Below, piece by piece: positions 27,248 through 36,943 of a stretch of 64,000 nucleotides of DNA; the stretch's first letter is position 1, and each line of letters begins with the position of its first letter. The position numbers and the translations under genes are program-made. The stretch covers positions 320,001-384,000 of the forward strand of contig CAXXVO010000004.1 in NCBI GenBank assembly GCA_963422645.2, in the 5' to 3' direction. The stretch comes from Alphaproteobacteria bacterium (GTDB lineage Bacteria > Pseudomonadota > Alphaproteobacteria > UBA828). The notes beneath the pieces were generated by a model. That model searched no databases, was not told the DNA's origin, and saw nothing but the letters and a program-made list of their open reading frames with translations.

Positions 27248-28201
27248 ATGAGCGCGCCGGCGGTGTTGCTCTGCGGCCACGGCAGCCGCGACGATGCGGC
27301 GGTGGCCGAGTTCGAGCACCTGGCCGAGGTGGTCGCCGCGCGCCTGCCGCATCGCCAGGTGCGCCACGGCTTCCTTGAATTCGCCAGGCCCACAATCGGC
27401 AGCACGCTGGAGGCGATGCGGGACTCGGGCGCCAGCGCCATCGATGCCGTGCCCGGCATGCTCTTCGCCGCCGGACACGCGAAGAACGACATCCCCTCGG
27501 TGCTCAACGGCTTCGCCGCCGCCAATCCCGATCTCACGGTCCGTTACGGCCGCGATCTCGCGGTCGATCCGCTGCTGCTCCGCGCCGCGGCGGAGCGCAT
27601 TGAGGCCACGCAGGAACCCGGTGACGCTCCGCCCGCCGACAGCCTCCTCGTCGTGGTCGGTCGTGGCACCTCCGACCCCGACGCCAACAGCAACATCGCC
27701 AAGGTCACCCGCATGCTGTGGGAAGGTCTGGGCTTCGGCTGGGCGGAAACCTGTTTCAGCGGCGTCACCACGCCTCTCGTGAGTCCTGCGCTCGAACGAA
27801 TCGCGGGCTTCGGCTTCCAGCGCATCGTTGTCTTCCCCTACTTCCTCTTCACCGGCGTTCTGGTGCGGCGCATCTACGACGCGGTGGACGAGGCAGCCCG
27901 CGCCCACCCGGCGATCGCCTTCCGCAAGGCCGCCTATCTCAACGACCACCCGCTGGTGGTGGACGCCTTCCTCGCCCGGATCGCCGAAATCCCCGAGGGC
28001 GACAACCGCATGAATTGCCAGCTCTGCAAGTATCGCGAGCAGATCATCGGCCACGAGGGCGATCTCGGCGCGCCCCAGGTGGGCCATCACCACCATGTCG
28101 AGGGCATCGGCACCGATGCGGACCACGCCGGCGGCCACGGGCACGGCCATCACCACCACGACCACGGATCGGACGGACATGGCGGTCACGGCCACGGCTG
28201 A
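27248..28201 (+). CDS. cbiX: CbiX-type sirohydrochlorin chelatase with MNCxLC motif and His-rich tail
   Basis: CGHGSRD, GFLEFARP, AGHAKNDIP, MNCQLCKYR, HHHHVEG and poly-His C-terminus. Confidence 0.92.
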   Translation: MSAPAVLLCGHGSRDDAAVAEFEHLAEVVAARLPHRQVRHGFLEFARPTIGSTLEAMRDSGASAIDAVPGMLFAAGHAKNDIPSVLNGFAAANPDLTVRYGRDLAVDPLLLRAAAERIEATQEPGDAPPADSLLVVVGRGTSDPDANSNIAKVTRMLWEGLGFGWAETCFSGVTTPLVSPALERIAGFGFQRIVVFPYFLFTGVLVRRIYDAVDEAARAHPAIAFRKAAYLNDHPLVVDAFLARIAEIPEGDNRMNCQLCKYREQIIGHEGDLGAPQVGHHHHVEGIGTDADHAGGHGHGHHHHDHGSDGHGGHGHG

Positions 28202-28835
28202 CTACCTGCGCGACCCGGACGGAATCACGCGGCGCTCCTTCGCCATCATCCGGCGGGAGACCGATGTCGCTGGCCTGCCGGCGGACCTGGTGGACGTCGC
28301 CTACCGCATGGTTCATGCCTCCGGCATGACCGATCTGGTGGCGGACCTCACCTTCTCGGCCAATGTGGCGGACGCGGCGCGCGCCGCGCTCGCCGCGGGC
28401 GCCCCCATCCTTGCGGACTGCCAGATGGTGGCGTCCGGCATCTCCCGCGGCCGGCTTGCGGCAGGCAACGAGGTGATCTGCACGCTTGGCGCAAAAGGCC
28501 TCGCCGAGCGCGCGGCGTCCGCCCGGACCACGCGCTCGGCGGCGGCGGTGGAGCTCTGGCAGCCACACGTTGCGGGCGCGCTCTGCGTGATCGGCAACGC
28601 GCCTACTGCGCTCTTCCGCCTGCTGGAGCTGCTGGCCGAAGGCGCGTCCCGGCCGGCTGCGATCATCGCGACACCCCCCGGCTTCGTCGGCGCGAGCGAA
28701 GCCAAGGCGGCGCTTGCGGAGGGGAGCCACGGCGTGCCCTTCCTCACCCTGCTGGGCCGGCGGGGCGGCAGCGCGGTCGCGGCGGCGGTGGTGAACGCGC
28801 TCGCGGCACCGCCCGAGGCCGAGCGCAATCCATGA
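28179..28835 (+). CDS. cobH: Precorrin-8X methylmutase
   Basis: YLRDP..I.RRSFAII, RMVHA, IGNAPTALF, GFVGA.E.K, GRRGGSA. Confidence 0.95.
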   Translation: MAVTATADYLRDPDGITRRSFAIIRRETDVAGLPADLVDVAYRMVHASGMTDLVADLTFSANVADAARAALAAGAPILADCQMVASGISRGRLAAGNEVICTLGAKGLAERAASARTTRSAAAVELWQPHVAGALCVIGNAPTALFRLLELLAEGASRPAAIIATPPGFVGASEAKAALAEGSHGVPFLTLLGRRGGSAVAAAVVNALAAPPEAERNP

Positions 28836-30040
28836 GCGGCTGGCTCACGGTCATCGGCCTCGGCGAGGACGGGCCGGATGCGCTCGCCCCCACCGCCCGC
28901 GCGCTGATCGACCGGGCAGAGGTGCTGATCGGCGGCGAACGGCATCTCGCCATGATCCCGGACGGCACGGCCCGCCGCCTGACGTGGCGCCGGCCGCTGT
29001 CGGAGGCCATGGACGATATCCGCGCCGTGAGCGGTCAGCAGGTCGTCGTGCTGGCGACCGGTGATCCCTTCTGCTTCGGCATCGGCACGACGCTTCGCCG
29101 CGCCTTCCCCGACGAGGAGATCGTGACCATCCCGGCACCGTCGGCCTTCAGTCTCGCCCGCGCCCGCCTCGGCTGGAGCGCCGATGAGACCGTGGGCGTG
29201 ACCCTGCACGGCCGCCCGCTGGAGACCATTCGCGCCTACCTCGCGCCCGGGCAGCGGCTGCTGGTGCTCTCCCACGACGGGGCGACGCCGGCCCAGGTTG
29301 CGGCGCAGCTCACCGTCGTTGGCTATGGCGCGAGCACGCTCACCGTCTTCGCCCACATGGGCGGGCCCGCCGAGGCCTGCGCCACCGAACGCGCCGAGTG
29401 CTGGGGTGAGACGCAGGTGCCGGACCTCAACACCATCGCCGTGGACTGCCGGGCGGAAGGCAAGGTGAAGCGCTTTCGCGGCGCACCCGGCCTGCCGGAC
29501 CGCGCGTTCGAGAACGACGGACAGCTCACCAAGCGCGAGATCCGGGTGCAGACGTTGAGCGCGCTCGATCCGCGACCGGGCGCTCTGCTCTGGGACGTGG
29601 GCGCGGGCTCCGGCTCGGTGGCGATCGAATGGCTCCTGAGCGAGCGCACTTGCAACGCCATCGCGATCGAGCGCGACGCTGACCGCTGCGCCCGCATCGC
29701 CCGCAACGCCGCGGCCCTCGGCGTGCCCCGCCTCCAGGTGCAGGAGGGAGCGGCGCCCGCGGCGCTGGAGCTCCTGCCGGAGCCCGACGCGCTCTTCATC
29801 GGCGGCGGGCTCACGGTCGGCGGCCTGATCGAGACCTGCTGGTCGAGGCTCGCGCCCGGCGGCATCTTGGTGGCCAACGCCGTTACCGTCGCCGGCGAGG
29901 CGGTGCTCGCCGACTGGTGCGCGCGCCACGAGGGCTTCATGGCACGCCTCGCGGTCTCCCGCGCACGCCCCGTGGGCCGCCACCTCGCCTGGCGCCCGCT
30001 GATGCCGGTGACGCAACTCACGCTGGTCAAGCCGCTATGA
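28832..30040 (+). CDS. cobL: Precorrin-6Y C5,15-methyltransferase (decarboxylating), CbiE/CbiT fusion
   Basis: WLTVIGLGEDG, LATGDP..FGIG, DGQLTKREIR, LWDVGAGSGSV. Confidence 0.95.
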   Translation: MSGWLTVIGLGEDGPDALAPTARALIDRAEVLIGGERHLAMIPDGTARRLTWRRPLSEAMDDIRAVSGQQVVVLATGDPFCFGIGTTLRRAFPDEEIVTIPAPSAFSLARARLGWSADETVGVTLHGRPLETIRAYLAPGQRLLVLSHDGATPAQVAAQLTVVGYGASTLTVFAHMGGPAEACATERAECWGETQVPDLNTIAVDCRAEGKVKRFRGAPGLPDRAFENDGQLTKREIRVQTLSALDPRPGALLWDVGAGSGSVAIEWLLSERTCNAIAIERDADRCARIARNAAALGVPRLQVQEGAAPAALELLPEPDALFIGGGLTVGGLIETCWSRLAPGGILVANAVTVAGEAVLADWCARHEGFMARLAVSRARPVGRHLAWRPLMPVTQLTLVKPL

Positions 30041-30738
30041 GCGGCCTGCTCAGCGGCATCGGCGTCGGCCCCGGCGACCCCGACCTGATCACGCTCAAGG
30101 CTCTAAAGGCGCTCCGGCAGGCCGGGGTCGTGGCTTATCCCGCGCCGCCGGAAGGTGAGAGCCTCGCGCGCAGCATCGCAGCACCGCACCTCCCCGGCGG
30201 GCAGGAGGAAATCGCCATCCGCATGCCGCTGGAGCCCAGCCGCTTTCCGGCGGCGGAGGTCTATGACGAGGCGGCGGCGACCCTCGGCGCGCGCCTTGAT
30301 GCGGGCCGCGACGTCGCGGTGCTCTGCGAGGGCGACCCCTTCGTCTACGGCTCCTTCCTCTACCTCTTCGAGCGCCTGGCCCGGCGCCACAGGGTGGAGG
30401 TGATTCCCGGCGTCTCCTCGCCCATGGCCTGCGCCGCCGCGCTCGGCCTGCCGCTGGCGGCGCGCAACGACGTACTTACGGTGATCCCGGCGACCCTCGA
30501 TGACCAGCGGCTTACCGCCCAACTCGCCAACTGTGATGCGGCGGCAATCGTCAAGGTCGGCCGCCACCTGGAGAAGGTGCGCCGCGTGCTCGATAACCTC
30601 GGGCTGCTCTCGCGCGCGCACTACGTCGAGCGCGCCTCCATGGCGGCGCAGAGGATATTGCCGCTGGCCGAGGTCGAGCCGCCCGCACCCTACTTCTCCA
30701 TGATCATCGTCCATAAGCGGGGCGCGGCATGGCGCTGA
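30037..30738 (+). CDS. cobI: Precorrin-2 C20-methyltransferase
   Basis: GIGVGPGDPDLITLKA, LCEGDPFVYGSF, VIPGVSS, PYFSMI. Confidence 0.95.
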   Translation: MSGLLSGIGVGPGDPDLITLKALKALRQAGVVAYPAPPEGESLARSIAAPHLPGGQEEIAIRMPLEPSRFPAAEVYDEAAATLGARLDAGRDVAVLCEGDPFVYGSFLYLFERLARRHRVEVIPGVSSPMACAAALGLPLAARNDVLTVIPATLDDQRLTAQLANCDAAAIVKVGRHLEKVRRVLDNLGLLSRAHYVERASMAAQRILPLAEVEPPAPYFSMIIVHKRGAAWR

Positions 30739-32582
30739 GCCCGCCAGCCGTGGTGATCCTCGATGCACGCCAGATGGCGCTGGCGCGGCGCATCGCGGCC
30801 GCTCTGCCCGGCGCGGCGATTCACGGTCCCGCGTCGCTCGAAGGCACCGCCGATGTCGCCTACGCGCGCCTCGCGCCCCATCTCGCCGCCCTGTTCCGCG
30901 CCGGGACACCCATCGTCGGCATCTGCGCATCAGGCATCCTCATCCGCCTGATTGCGCCGCATCTCGCGGACAAGGGCGCCGAGCCGCCGGTGCTCGCGGT
31001 CTCGGAGGACGGGCAGAGCGTTGTACCCCTGCTCGGCGGTCATCACGGCGCGAACCGCCTCGCCCGCGAAATTGCCGCCGCCTACGGCACCCATGCCGCA
31101 ATCACGACGGCAGGTGACACCGCCCTGGGCTTCGCCCTCGACGCGCCACCCGCGGGCTGGCGCCTCGGCGAAGGCGCGCGGGTGAAGGAAGTCACTGCCG
31201 CGCTGCTGGCCGGCGAGCCGGTGCGCCTCGTGACCGAGGCCGCATCGGCCGATTGGCTCACTGCCGGCGGGGCGCCGTTCGGGGACTGGGGCCGACTCAC
31301 GGTGCAGATTACCGAGCGGAGCGTCGTGCCGGGTGACGACGTGGCCGATGTCACGCTGCATCCCGCCGTGTTGGCCCTCGGCCTCGGCTGCGAGCGGGGC
31401 TGCAGGCCTGAGGAGCTTATCCTTCTGGCCAAACGCGTGCTCGTCGCTGGCGGGCTCGCGCCCGAAGCCGTGGCCTGCGTCGCCTCGCTCGACCTGAAGG
31501 CGGACGAGCCGGCGGTGAGCGCCGTTGCGGACTGGCTCGGTGTCCCGCTCCGCCTCTTCGACGCCCCGACCCTGGAGCGCGAGACCCCGAGGCTCACGGC
31601 ACCGTCCGAGGTCGTGTTTCGCGCGGTCGGCTGCCACGGCGTGGCAGAGGCCGCGGCGCTCGCCTGCGCCGGCGCGTTCGGCACGCTCACCATGCCCAAG
31701 GCACGGAGCGAACGGGGCACCTGCGCCATCGCCAGGGCGCCCGAAATCATCGAGCCCGAGCGCTGCGGGCGCGGGCGCGGGCGTGTCATCGTGGTGGGCA
31801 TCGGCCCCGGCGCCCGGACATGGCGGACTCCGGGGGCCGACGCTGCCATCACGGACGCCACCGACCTCGTGGGCTACGGCCGCTACCTTGACCTGCTCGG
31901 GCCGCTGCCGCCGGGCTCTGCGCGTCACGCCTATCCCATCGGCGCGGAGGAGGAGCGCTGCCGGGCCGCGCTCGCGCTCGCGGCAGAGGGCCGCCGCGTC
32001 GCCCTGGTCTCCTCGGGCGATGCCGGCGTCTACGGCATGGCCTCGCTCCTCTTCGAGCTGCTGGACGGAGCGGACGCCGATCCCCGATGGCGCGGCATCG
32101 AGCTTGTGGTAGAGCCCGGCATCAGCGCGCTCCAGGCCGCTGCGGCGCGCGCCGGCGCGCCGATCGGCCACGATTTCTGCGCCATCTCCCTCTCCGACCT
32201 GCTAACACCCTGGCCCGCGATCGCACGCAGGCTCCGGGCCGCCGCCGAGGCCGATTTCGTGGTAGCGCTCTACAACCCGGCGTCCGCGCGGCGGCGCATC
32301 CAGCTAACGCAAGCGCGGGCGATCCTCGCAGCTCACCGGCCAGCGGACTGCCCGGTGGTCGTCGCCCGCAATCTCGGGCGGGAGGGTGAAGCAGTCTCGG
32401 TCACCACCCTTGGCGGCCTCGATACCAACGCGGTCGACATGCTCACCGTCATCGTCGTCGGCAGTAGCCAGACGCGGCGCTTAGACCGCGGCGGCCGGGC
32501 GTGGCTCTACACCCCGCGCGGCTATGGGGCGGGCGACGTGGCGGCGCAGGACGCGGCGCCGCGCGCGGCAAAGCGCGCGTGA
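30729..32582 (+). CDS. cobJ: CbiG-CobJ fusion (precorrin-3B C17-methyltransferase)
   Basis: N-terminal CbiG motifs (DK..EPPVL, PLLGGHHGAN, LGLGCERG, HGVAEAAAL); C-terminal CobJ motifs (SSGDAGVYGMA, HDFCAISLSDLLTPW, YTPRGY). Confidence 0.93.
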   Translation: MALSPPAVVILDARQMALARRIAAALPGAAIHGPASLEGTADVAYARLAPHLAALFRAGTPIVGICASGILIRLIAPHLADKGAEPPVLAVSEDGQSVVPLLGGHHGANRLAREIAAAYGTHAAITTAGDTALGFALDAPPAGWRLGEGARVKEVTAALLAGEPVRLVTEAASADWLTAGGAPFGDWGRLTVQITERSVVPGDDVADVTLHPAVLALGLGCERGCRPEELILLAKRVLVAGGLAPEAVACVASLDLKADEPAVSAVADWLGVPLRLFDAPTLERETPRLTAPSEVVFRAVGCHGVAEAAALACAGAFGTLTMPKARSERGTCAIARAPEIIEPERCGRGRGRVIVVGIGPGARTWRTPGADAAITDATDLVGYGRYLDLLGPLPPGSARHAYPIGAEEERCRAALALAAEGRRVALVSSGDAGVYGMASLLFELLDGADADPRWRGIELVVEPGISALQAAAARAGAPIGHDFCAISLSDLLTPWPAIARRLRAAAEADFVVALYNPASARRRIQLTQARAILAAHRPADCPVVVARNLGREGEAVSVTTLGGLDTNAVDMLTVIVVGSSQTRRLDRGGRAWLYTPRGYGAGDVAAQDAAPRAAKRA

Positions 32583-33343
32583 CGGTCCACTTCATCGGCG
32601 CAGGCCCCGGCGCGCCGGATCTGATCACGGTACGGGGGCTCGCCTTGTTGCGACGCTGCCGGGTGGTGCTCTACGCGGGCTCCCTGGTGCCGCCGATGAT
32701 CCTCGAAGAGGCGCCGCCGGGAGCGCGCATCGTCGACACCGCGCCGCTTGATCTCGACGCGATCATCGCCGAGATGGAGCAGGCGGCGGCCGACGGCCAC
32801 GAGGTCGCGCGGCTGCATTCCGGCGATCCGTCGCTCTACGGCGCCATCGCCGAGCAGATGCGCCGTCTCGACCGCCTCGGCATTCCCTACGACGTGACCC
32901 CCGGCGTACCGGCCTATGCGGCGGCTGCGGCAGCGCTAAAGCAGGAGCTCACGCTACCCGGCATCGCGCAGACCGTGATCCTGACGCGGACCGCCGTGCG
33001 CGCGTCCTCCATGCCCGACGACGAGCAGTTGGATCGGCTCGCCGCAGGCGGCGGCACCCTCGCCATCCACCTCTCCATCAACAATCTCGCGAACGTGACC
33101 CGCGCGCTGACCCCCCATCGCGGGGCGGACTGCCCCACCATCGTCGCCTACCGTGTGACTTGGCCCGATGAGCGCATCGTGCGCGGCACCCTCGGCACGA
33201 TCCGAGACAAGGTGAAGGCCCTCGGTCTCACCCGCACGGCTCTGATCCTCGTCGGTCGGGCCCTGGACGCGCCCGACTTCGACGAAAGCCAGCTCTACGA
33301 CCCCACCCACCACCACGTGCTGAGGCCGCGGCGCAAGGCTTGA
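32579..33343 (+). CDS. cobM: Precorrin-4 C11-methyltransferase
   Basis: MTVHFIGAGPGAPDLITVRG, YAGSLV, ARLHSGDPSLYGA, SQLY; GTGA overlap with cobJ. Confidence 0.96.
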   Translation: MTVHFIGAGPGAPDLITVRGLALLRRCRVVLYAGSLVPPMILEEAPPGARIVDTAPLDLDAIIAEMEQAAADGHEVARLHSGDPSLYGAIAEQMRRLDRLGIPYDVTPGVPAYAAAAAALKQELTLPGIAQTVILTRTAVRASSMPDDEQLDRLAAGGGTLAIHLSINNLANVTRALTPHRGADCPTIVAYRVTWPDERIVRGTLGTIRDKVKALGLTRTALILVGRALDAPDFDESQLYDPTHHHVLRPRRKA

Positions 33344-34114
33344 CTACGCCTCCCCGAGGCGCTCATCGATCCAGGCCAGCGCCTCTTCGACTGAGGACGC
33401 GCTTGGGCCGGGCGGCGGCGCCGGCCGGCGCACCATCACCACGGGCAGCCCGAGCGCGCGTGCCGCAGCGAGCTTGGCCGCCGTCGCCTCGCCGCCGCTC
33501 GCGCGGGTAACCAGGCAGTCGATACCGTGGGTCTCCAGAAGCGCGCGCTCGTCGGCCTCCGCGAACGGCCCGCGCGCGCAGATCAGCCGGTGGCGGGCCA
33601 GCGGGATCGGCTCCGCCGGCTTGTCCACCAGCCGCACCAGGAACCAGAGGTCGGGCCGGCTCGCGAAGGGTGCGAGCGAGCGGACGCCCACGGTGAGAAA
33701 GACGCGCCTGGATTCTGCTGGGATCGCCCCGACCGCCTCCTCCACCGTGGCGACGTCGATCCAGTGATCGCCGGGCACGGCTTGCCAGGATGGTCGCACC
33801 AGCACCAGGTGTGTCGTTCCCGCCCGCGCCGCCGCCTCGCTCGCCTGCGCCGAGATGCGCGTGGCGTAGGGGTGGGTAGCGTCGACGAGCAGCCCGATCC
33901 GCTCCTCCCTCAGATACGCGGCCAGGCCGTCCGCTCCGCCGAAGCCGCCAATGCGGACCTCGCCTGCCGGCAGCAGCGGCGCGCGGGTGCGGCCGGCCAG
34001 CGTCGAGATCACCGTGAGGGACGAGCCGAAGCGAGCCTCCGCAGCCTCGGCCAGCGCGCGGCCCTCGGCCGTCCCGCCCAGGATCAGCAGCCGCTCAGGG
34101 GCCGGCGCGGCCAA
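33344..34114 (-). CDS. cobK: Precorrin-6A reductase
   Basis: LLILGGTAEG, LAGRT, RIGGFGG, VDATHPYA, KLAAARALGLPVVMV.RP; start approximate. Confidence 0.93.
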   Translation of the reverse strand: MAAPAPERLLILGGTAEGRALAEAAEARFGSSLTVISTLAGRTRAPLLPAGEVRIGGFGGADGLAAYLREERIGLLVDATHPYATRISAQASEAAARAGTTHLVLVRPSWQAVPGDHWIDVATVEEAVGAIPAESRRVFLTVGVRSLAPFASRPDLWFLVRLVDKPAEPIPLARHRLICARGPFAEADERALLETHGIDCLVTRASGGEATAAKLAAARALGLPVVMVRRPAPPPGPSASSVEEALAWIDERLGEA

Positions 34115-35195
34115 CGATGCAGCCTGTGCGGTCGACGATGAGCACGTCCACGTGGGGCACGGGTCGGGCGCCGGCGAGCACGTCCTCGGCCACGGCGCGG
34201 GCCTCGGCAGCGACCGCATCGGCAAGCGGGAGACCGGCCTCGCTCGCAACCTCCAAGATCGCGCCGGCCGAGCCGGCAGCCTCGGCTTGCGCCAGCGTCG
34301 CCTCGGCGGCGCCGAGGGCAGCGAGACGGCGGACGAGGCCCTCGCGATCGACGCTACTACGCCCCGAATGCAGGTCCATGTGGCCGTCGGCGAGCTTGCT
34401 GATCTTGCCGAAGCCGCCGGCGATGGTGAGTCGCGGCACCGGCTTGCGCCGAACCAACTTGAGCGTGGCGCCGACGAAATCGCCCATGTCGATCAGCGCC
34501 GCTTCGTCGAGGCCGTAGAACGCCTGCGCCGCCTGCTCCGAGACCCGGCCCGTCGCGGCCGCGAGGTGGGTGGTGCCGGCGGCGGCAGCCACGTCGATCC
34601 CCTGGCGGATCGAGGCGATCCACGCGGCGCAGGAGTAGGGCTTCACGATGCCCGATGTGCCCAGCACCGAGAGCCCGCCGACGATGCCAAGCCGGCCATT
34701 CATCGTCTGGCGCGCAAGCCGGCGCCCATCCGGGATCGCGATGGTGACGGAGACATCGGCAGGCCCGCCCAGCGCGGGCGCGAGGTCGCCCAACATCTCC
34801 GTGATCATCCGCCGCGGTGCCGGGTTGATCGCGGGCTCGCCCACCGCGAGGCTGAGGCCGGGCTTGGTCACGATGCCGACCCCCTCGCCCGCACGGAACA
34901 CGATGCCGGCACCCGCAGGTGCGAGCCTCACCCAGGATTCGACCAGCGCACCGTGAGTCACGTCCGGGTCGTCGCCGGCATCCTTGCGCACGCCGGCTCG
35001 CCCGTGCCCCGGTCCGCGCTCGGCCACCACCAGGGGAAAGGAAGGTTCCTGGCCGCCCGGCAGCATCACCGAGACCGGGTCGGGGAAGCGCCCGGTGACC
35101 AACGCCGTGAAGGCGGCGCGCGTCGCCGCTGCGGCGCAGGCACCGGTGGTCCAGCCCCGCCGAAGCTCGCCAGCTCTGCCCGACCGTTCCGTCAT
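34095..35195 (-). CDS. cbiD: Cobalt-precorrin-5B C1-methyltransferase
   Basis: LRRGWTTGACA, KDAGDDPDVTHG, GEPAINP.PR, LGIVGGLSVLGT, DLHS.RS. Confidence 0.96.
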   Translation of the reverse strand: MTERSGRAGELRRGWTTGACAAAATRAAFTALVTGRFPDPVSVMLPGGQEPSFPLVVAERGPGHGRAGVRKDAGDDPDVTHGALVESWVRLAPAGAGIVFRAGEGVGIVTKPGLSLAVGEPAINPAPRRMITEMLGDLAPALGGPADVSVTIAIPDGRRLARQTMNGRLGIVGGLSVLGTSGIVKPYSCAAWIASIRQGIDVAAAAGTTHLAAATGRVSEQAAQAFYGLDEAALIDMGDFVGATLKLVRRKPVPRLTIAGGFGKISKLADGHMDLHSGRSSVDREGLVRRLAALGAAEATLAQAEAAGSAGAILEVASEAGLPLADAVAAEARAVAEDVLAGARPVPHVDVLIVDRTGCIVGRAGP

Positions 35196-35242
35196 GCCGC
35201 TGGTTATACCGCGCAGGGTGCCGGCCGGTGTAGAGTGCGGCG

Positions 35243-36097
35243 ATGGACGACGCCTCCCCACCCCCGCGCAGACCCGCGCTGCCCACGATCGAGCCGGGCA
35301 CCGTCTGGCTCGTAGGCGCAGGCCCCGGCGATCCCGGCCTGCTCACGCTCCATGCGGCACATGCGCTGGCTGAGGCCGATTGTGTCGTCTACGACGCCTT
35401 GGTCTCGCTTGAGATTCTGGCACTGGCGCGGCCGGGGGCGGCACTCGAATATGCCGGCAAGCGGGGCGGCAAACCCTCTGCGCGCCAGCCGGACATCTGC
35501 GGCCGGTTGATACGGCTCGCCCGGCAGGGGCAGCGCGTGTTGCGCCTCAAGGGCGGCGACCCCTTTGTCTTCGGCCGGGGCGGGGAGGAGGCACTGGCGC
35601 TCGCCGCGGCTCGCATCCCCTTCCGTCTCGTGCCCGGCGTCACCGCCGCCGCCGGTGGCCTGGCTGCGGCCGGCATCCCCATGACCCATCGCACCACCAA
35701 CTCGGCAGTGACGCTGCTCACCGGCCACGACGCGGCGGGCGGTGTGCCGGACGGGCTGGACTGGCAGGCCATCGCGCAAGGTGCGCCGGTGCTGATCTTC
35801 TACATGGCGCTCCGCCAACTCGACACCATCGCCGAGCGACTGACCCGCGGCGGCCTTCCACGCGAGACGCCGGTGGCGCTCATCAGCCACGCCACTACGG
35901 GGGACGAGCGCATCGTGGAGACCCCGCTGGCCGAGGCGGCGGAAGCGGCCGAGCGCGCCGGGATCGAAGCGCCCTGCCTCGTCGTCGTGGGCGACGTTGT
36001 GCGGCTTCGGCGGGCGTTGGACCCGGCGGCGACGGTCGAGACACGGGCCGAGGCGGCCGAAGCGCTGGCCCAGCACTGGCGCCGCGCCGCCGGTTGA
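35243..36097 (+). CDS. cobA: Uroporphyrinogen-III C-methyltransferase
   Basis: VWLVGAGPGDPGLLT, YDALVS, RLKGGDPFVFGRGGEE, GIPMTHR. Confidence 0.96.
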   Translation: MDDASPPPRRPALPTIEPGTVWLVGAGPGDPGLLTLHAAHALAEADCVVYDALVSLEILALARPGAALEYAGKRGGKPSARQPDICGRLIRLARQGQRVLRLKGGDPFVFGRGGEEALALAAARIPFRLVPGVTAAAGGLAAAGIPMTHRTTNSAVTLLTGHDAAGGVPDGLDWQAIAQGAPVLIFYMALRQLDTIAERLTRGGLPRETPVALISHATTGDERIVETPLAEAAEAAERAGIEAPCLVVVGDVVRLRRALDPAATVETRAEAAEALAQHWRRAAG

Positions 36098-36109
36098 AGT
36101 CTTCCAAAT

Positions 36110-36135
36110 CCCTCAGGCGCCGGGCGCTCGCTCCG
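36110..36135. repeat. Dispersed repeat (copy 3, inverted, partial)
   Basis: 26-bp reverse complement of 13598-13623. Confidence 0.75.
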
Positions 36136-36244
36136 GACCTGCGGCCCGGCCTTCCTATCGTCCCATCTCTCGATTCCTTGCCGCACAGGCCGTACCGGGG
36201 CTAGTCTGGCGAAGAAAGGCTCTTCCACCACGCACCCGCAGCCC

Positions 36245-36937
36245 ATGTTGAAGAATTTCGGCTTCGGCCAGCAGCCCGGAGGCGGCGACCAGAAACCCGG
36301 GCGCGGCGGCCAGCGGTCTCCCTTGGGTCGCAACCCAGTGCTCTGGATCGTGGTGATCGGCGCGATCCTCATCTACACGCAGATGGATGGTTCAGGGTCG
36401 CTATTCGGTCCAGTCGACCAGGGCCACGTCTCCCGCATGGCCGTGGCGCCGGACCAGGTCACCGGCGACTTCGAGCTGGTCGATCACACCGGCACGCCGC
36501 GCACCGACGAGGACTTCCACAGCGCGCACTCGCTAATCTATTTCGGCTTCACCTGGTGCCCCGATGTCTGCCCGTCCGCCATGCTGGTCATGGTGCAGGT
36601 GATCGAGGATCTGAGGCTGCAGGACAGGGCGGTGCAGCCAATTTTCATCACCGTCGATCCGCAGCGCGACACGGTGGAGAAGCTTGCCAACTATGTCGCG
36701 CAGCTCCCCGGCCTGATCGGGCTCACCGGCTCGGAGGAGCAGGTGGCATCGGCACTTCAGTCCTTCGGCATCACCTGGCGCTCGCAGGCAGCGGGGCCGA
36801 CTGACACCAACTATCTCGTCGACCACACCGCGTTGTTCTACCTGATGGGACCGGACGGCGAGTTCCTCCAGCATTACGTGCCGACCCAGGGGCCCACCCA
36901 GATCGCTCTCGAGATCGAGCGCGAGTTCACGGGCTGA
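36245..36937 (+). CDS. SCO family (SenC/Sco1) copper chaperone
   Basis: N-terminal TM helix; YFGFTWCPDVCP, FITVDP.RDT, GLTG, YLVDHT. Confidence 0.93.
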   Translation: MLKNFGFGQQPGGGDQKPGRGGQRSPLGRNPVLWIVVIGAILIYTQMDGSGSLFGPVDQGHVSRMAVAPDQVTGDFELVDHTGTPRTDEDFHSAHSLIYFGFTWCPDVCPSAMLVMVQVIEDLRLQDRAVQPIFITVDPQRDTVEKLANYVAQLPGLIGLTGSEEQVASALQSFGITWRSQAAGPTDTNYLVDHTALFYLMGPDGEFLQHYVPTQGPTQIALEIEREFTG

Positions 36938-36943
36938 GCGTCC

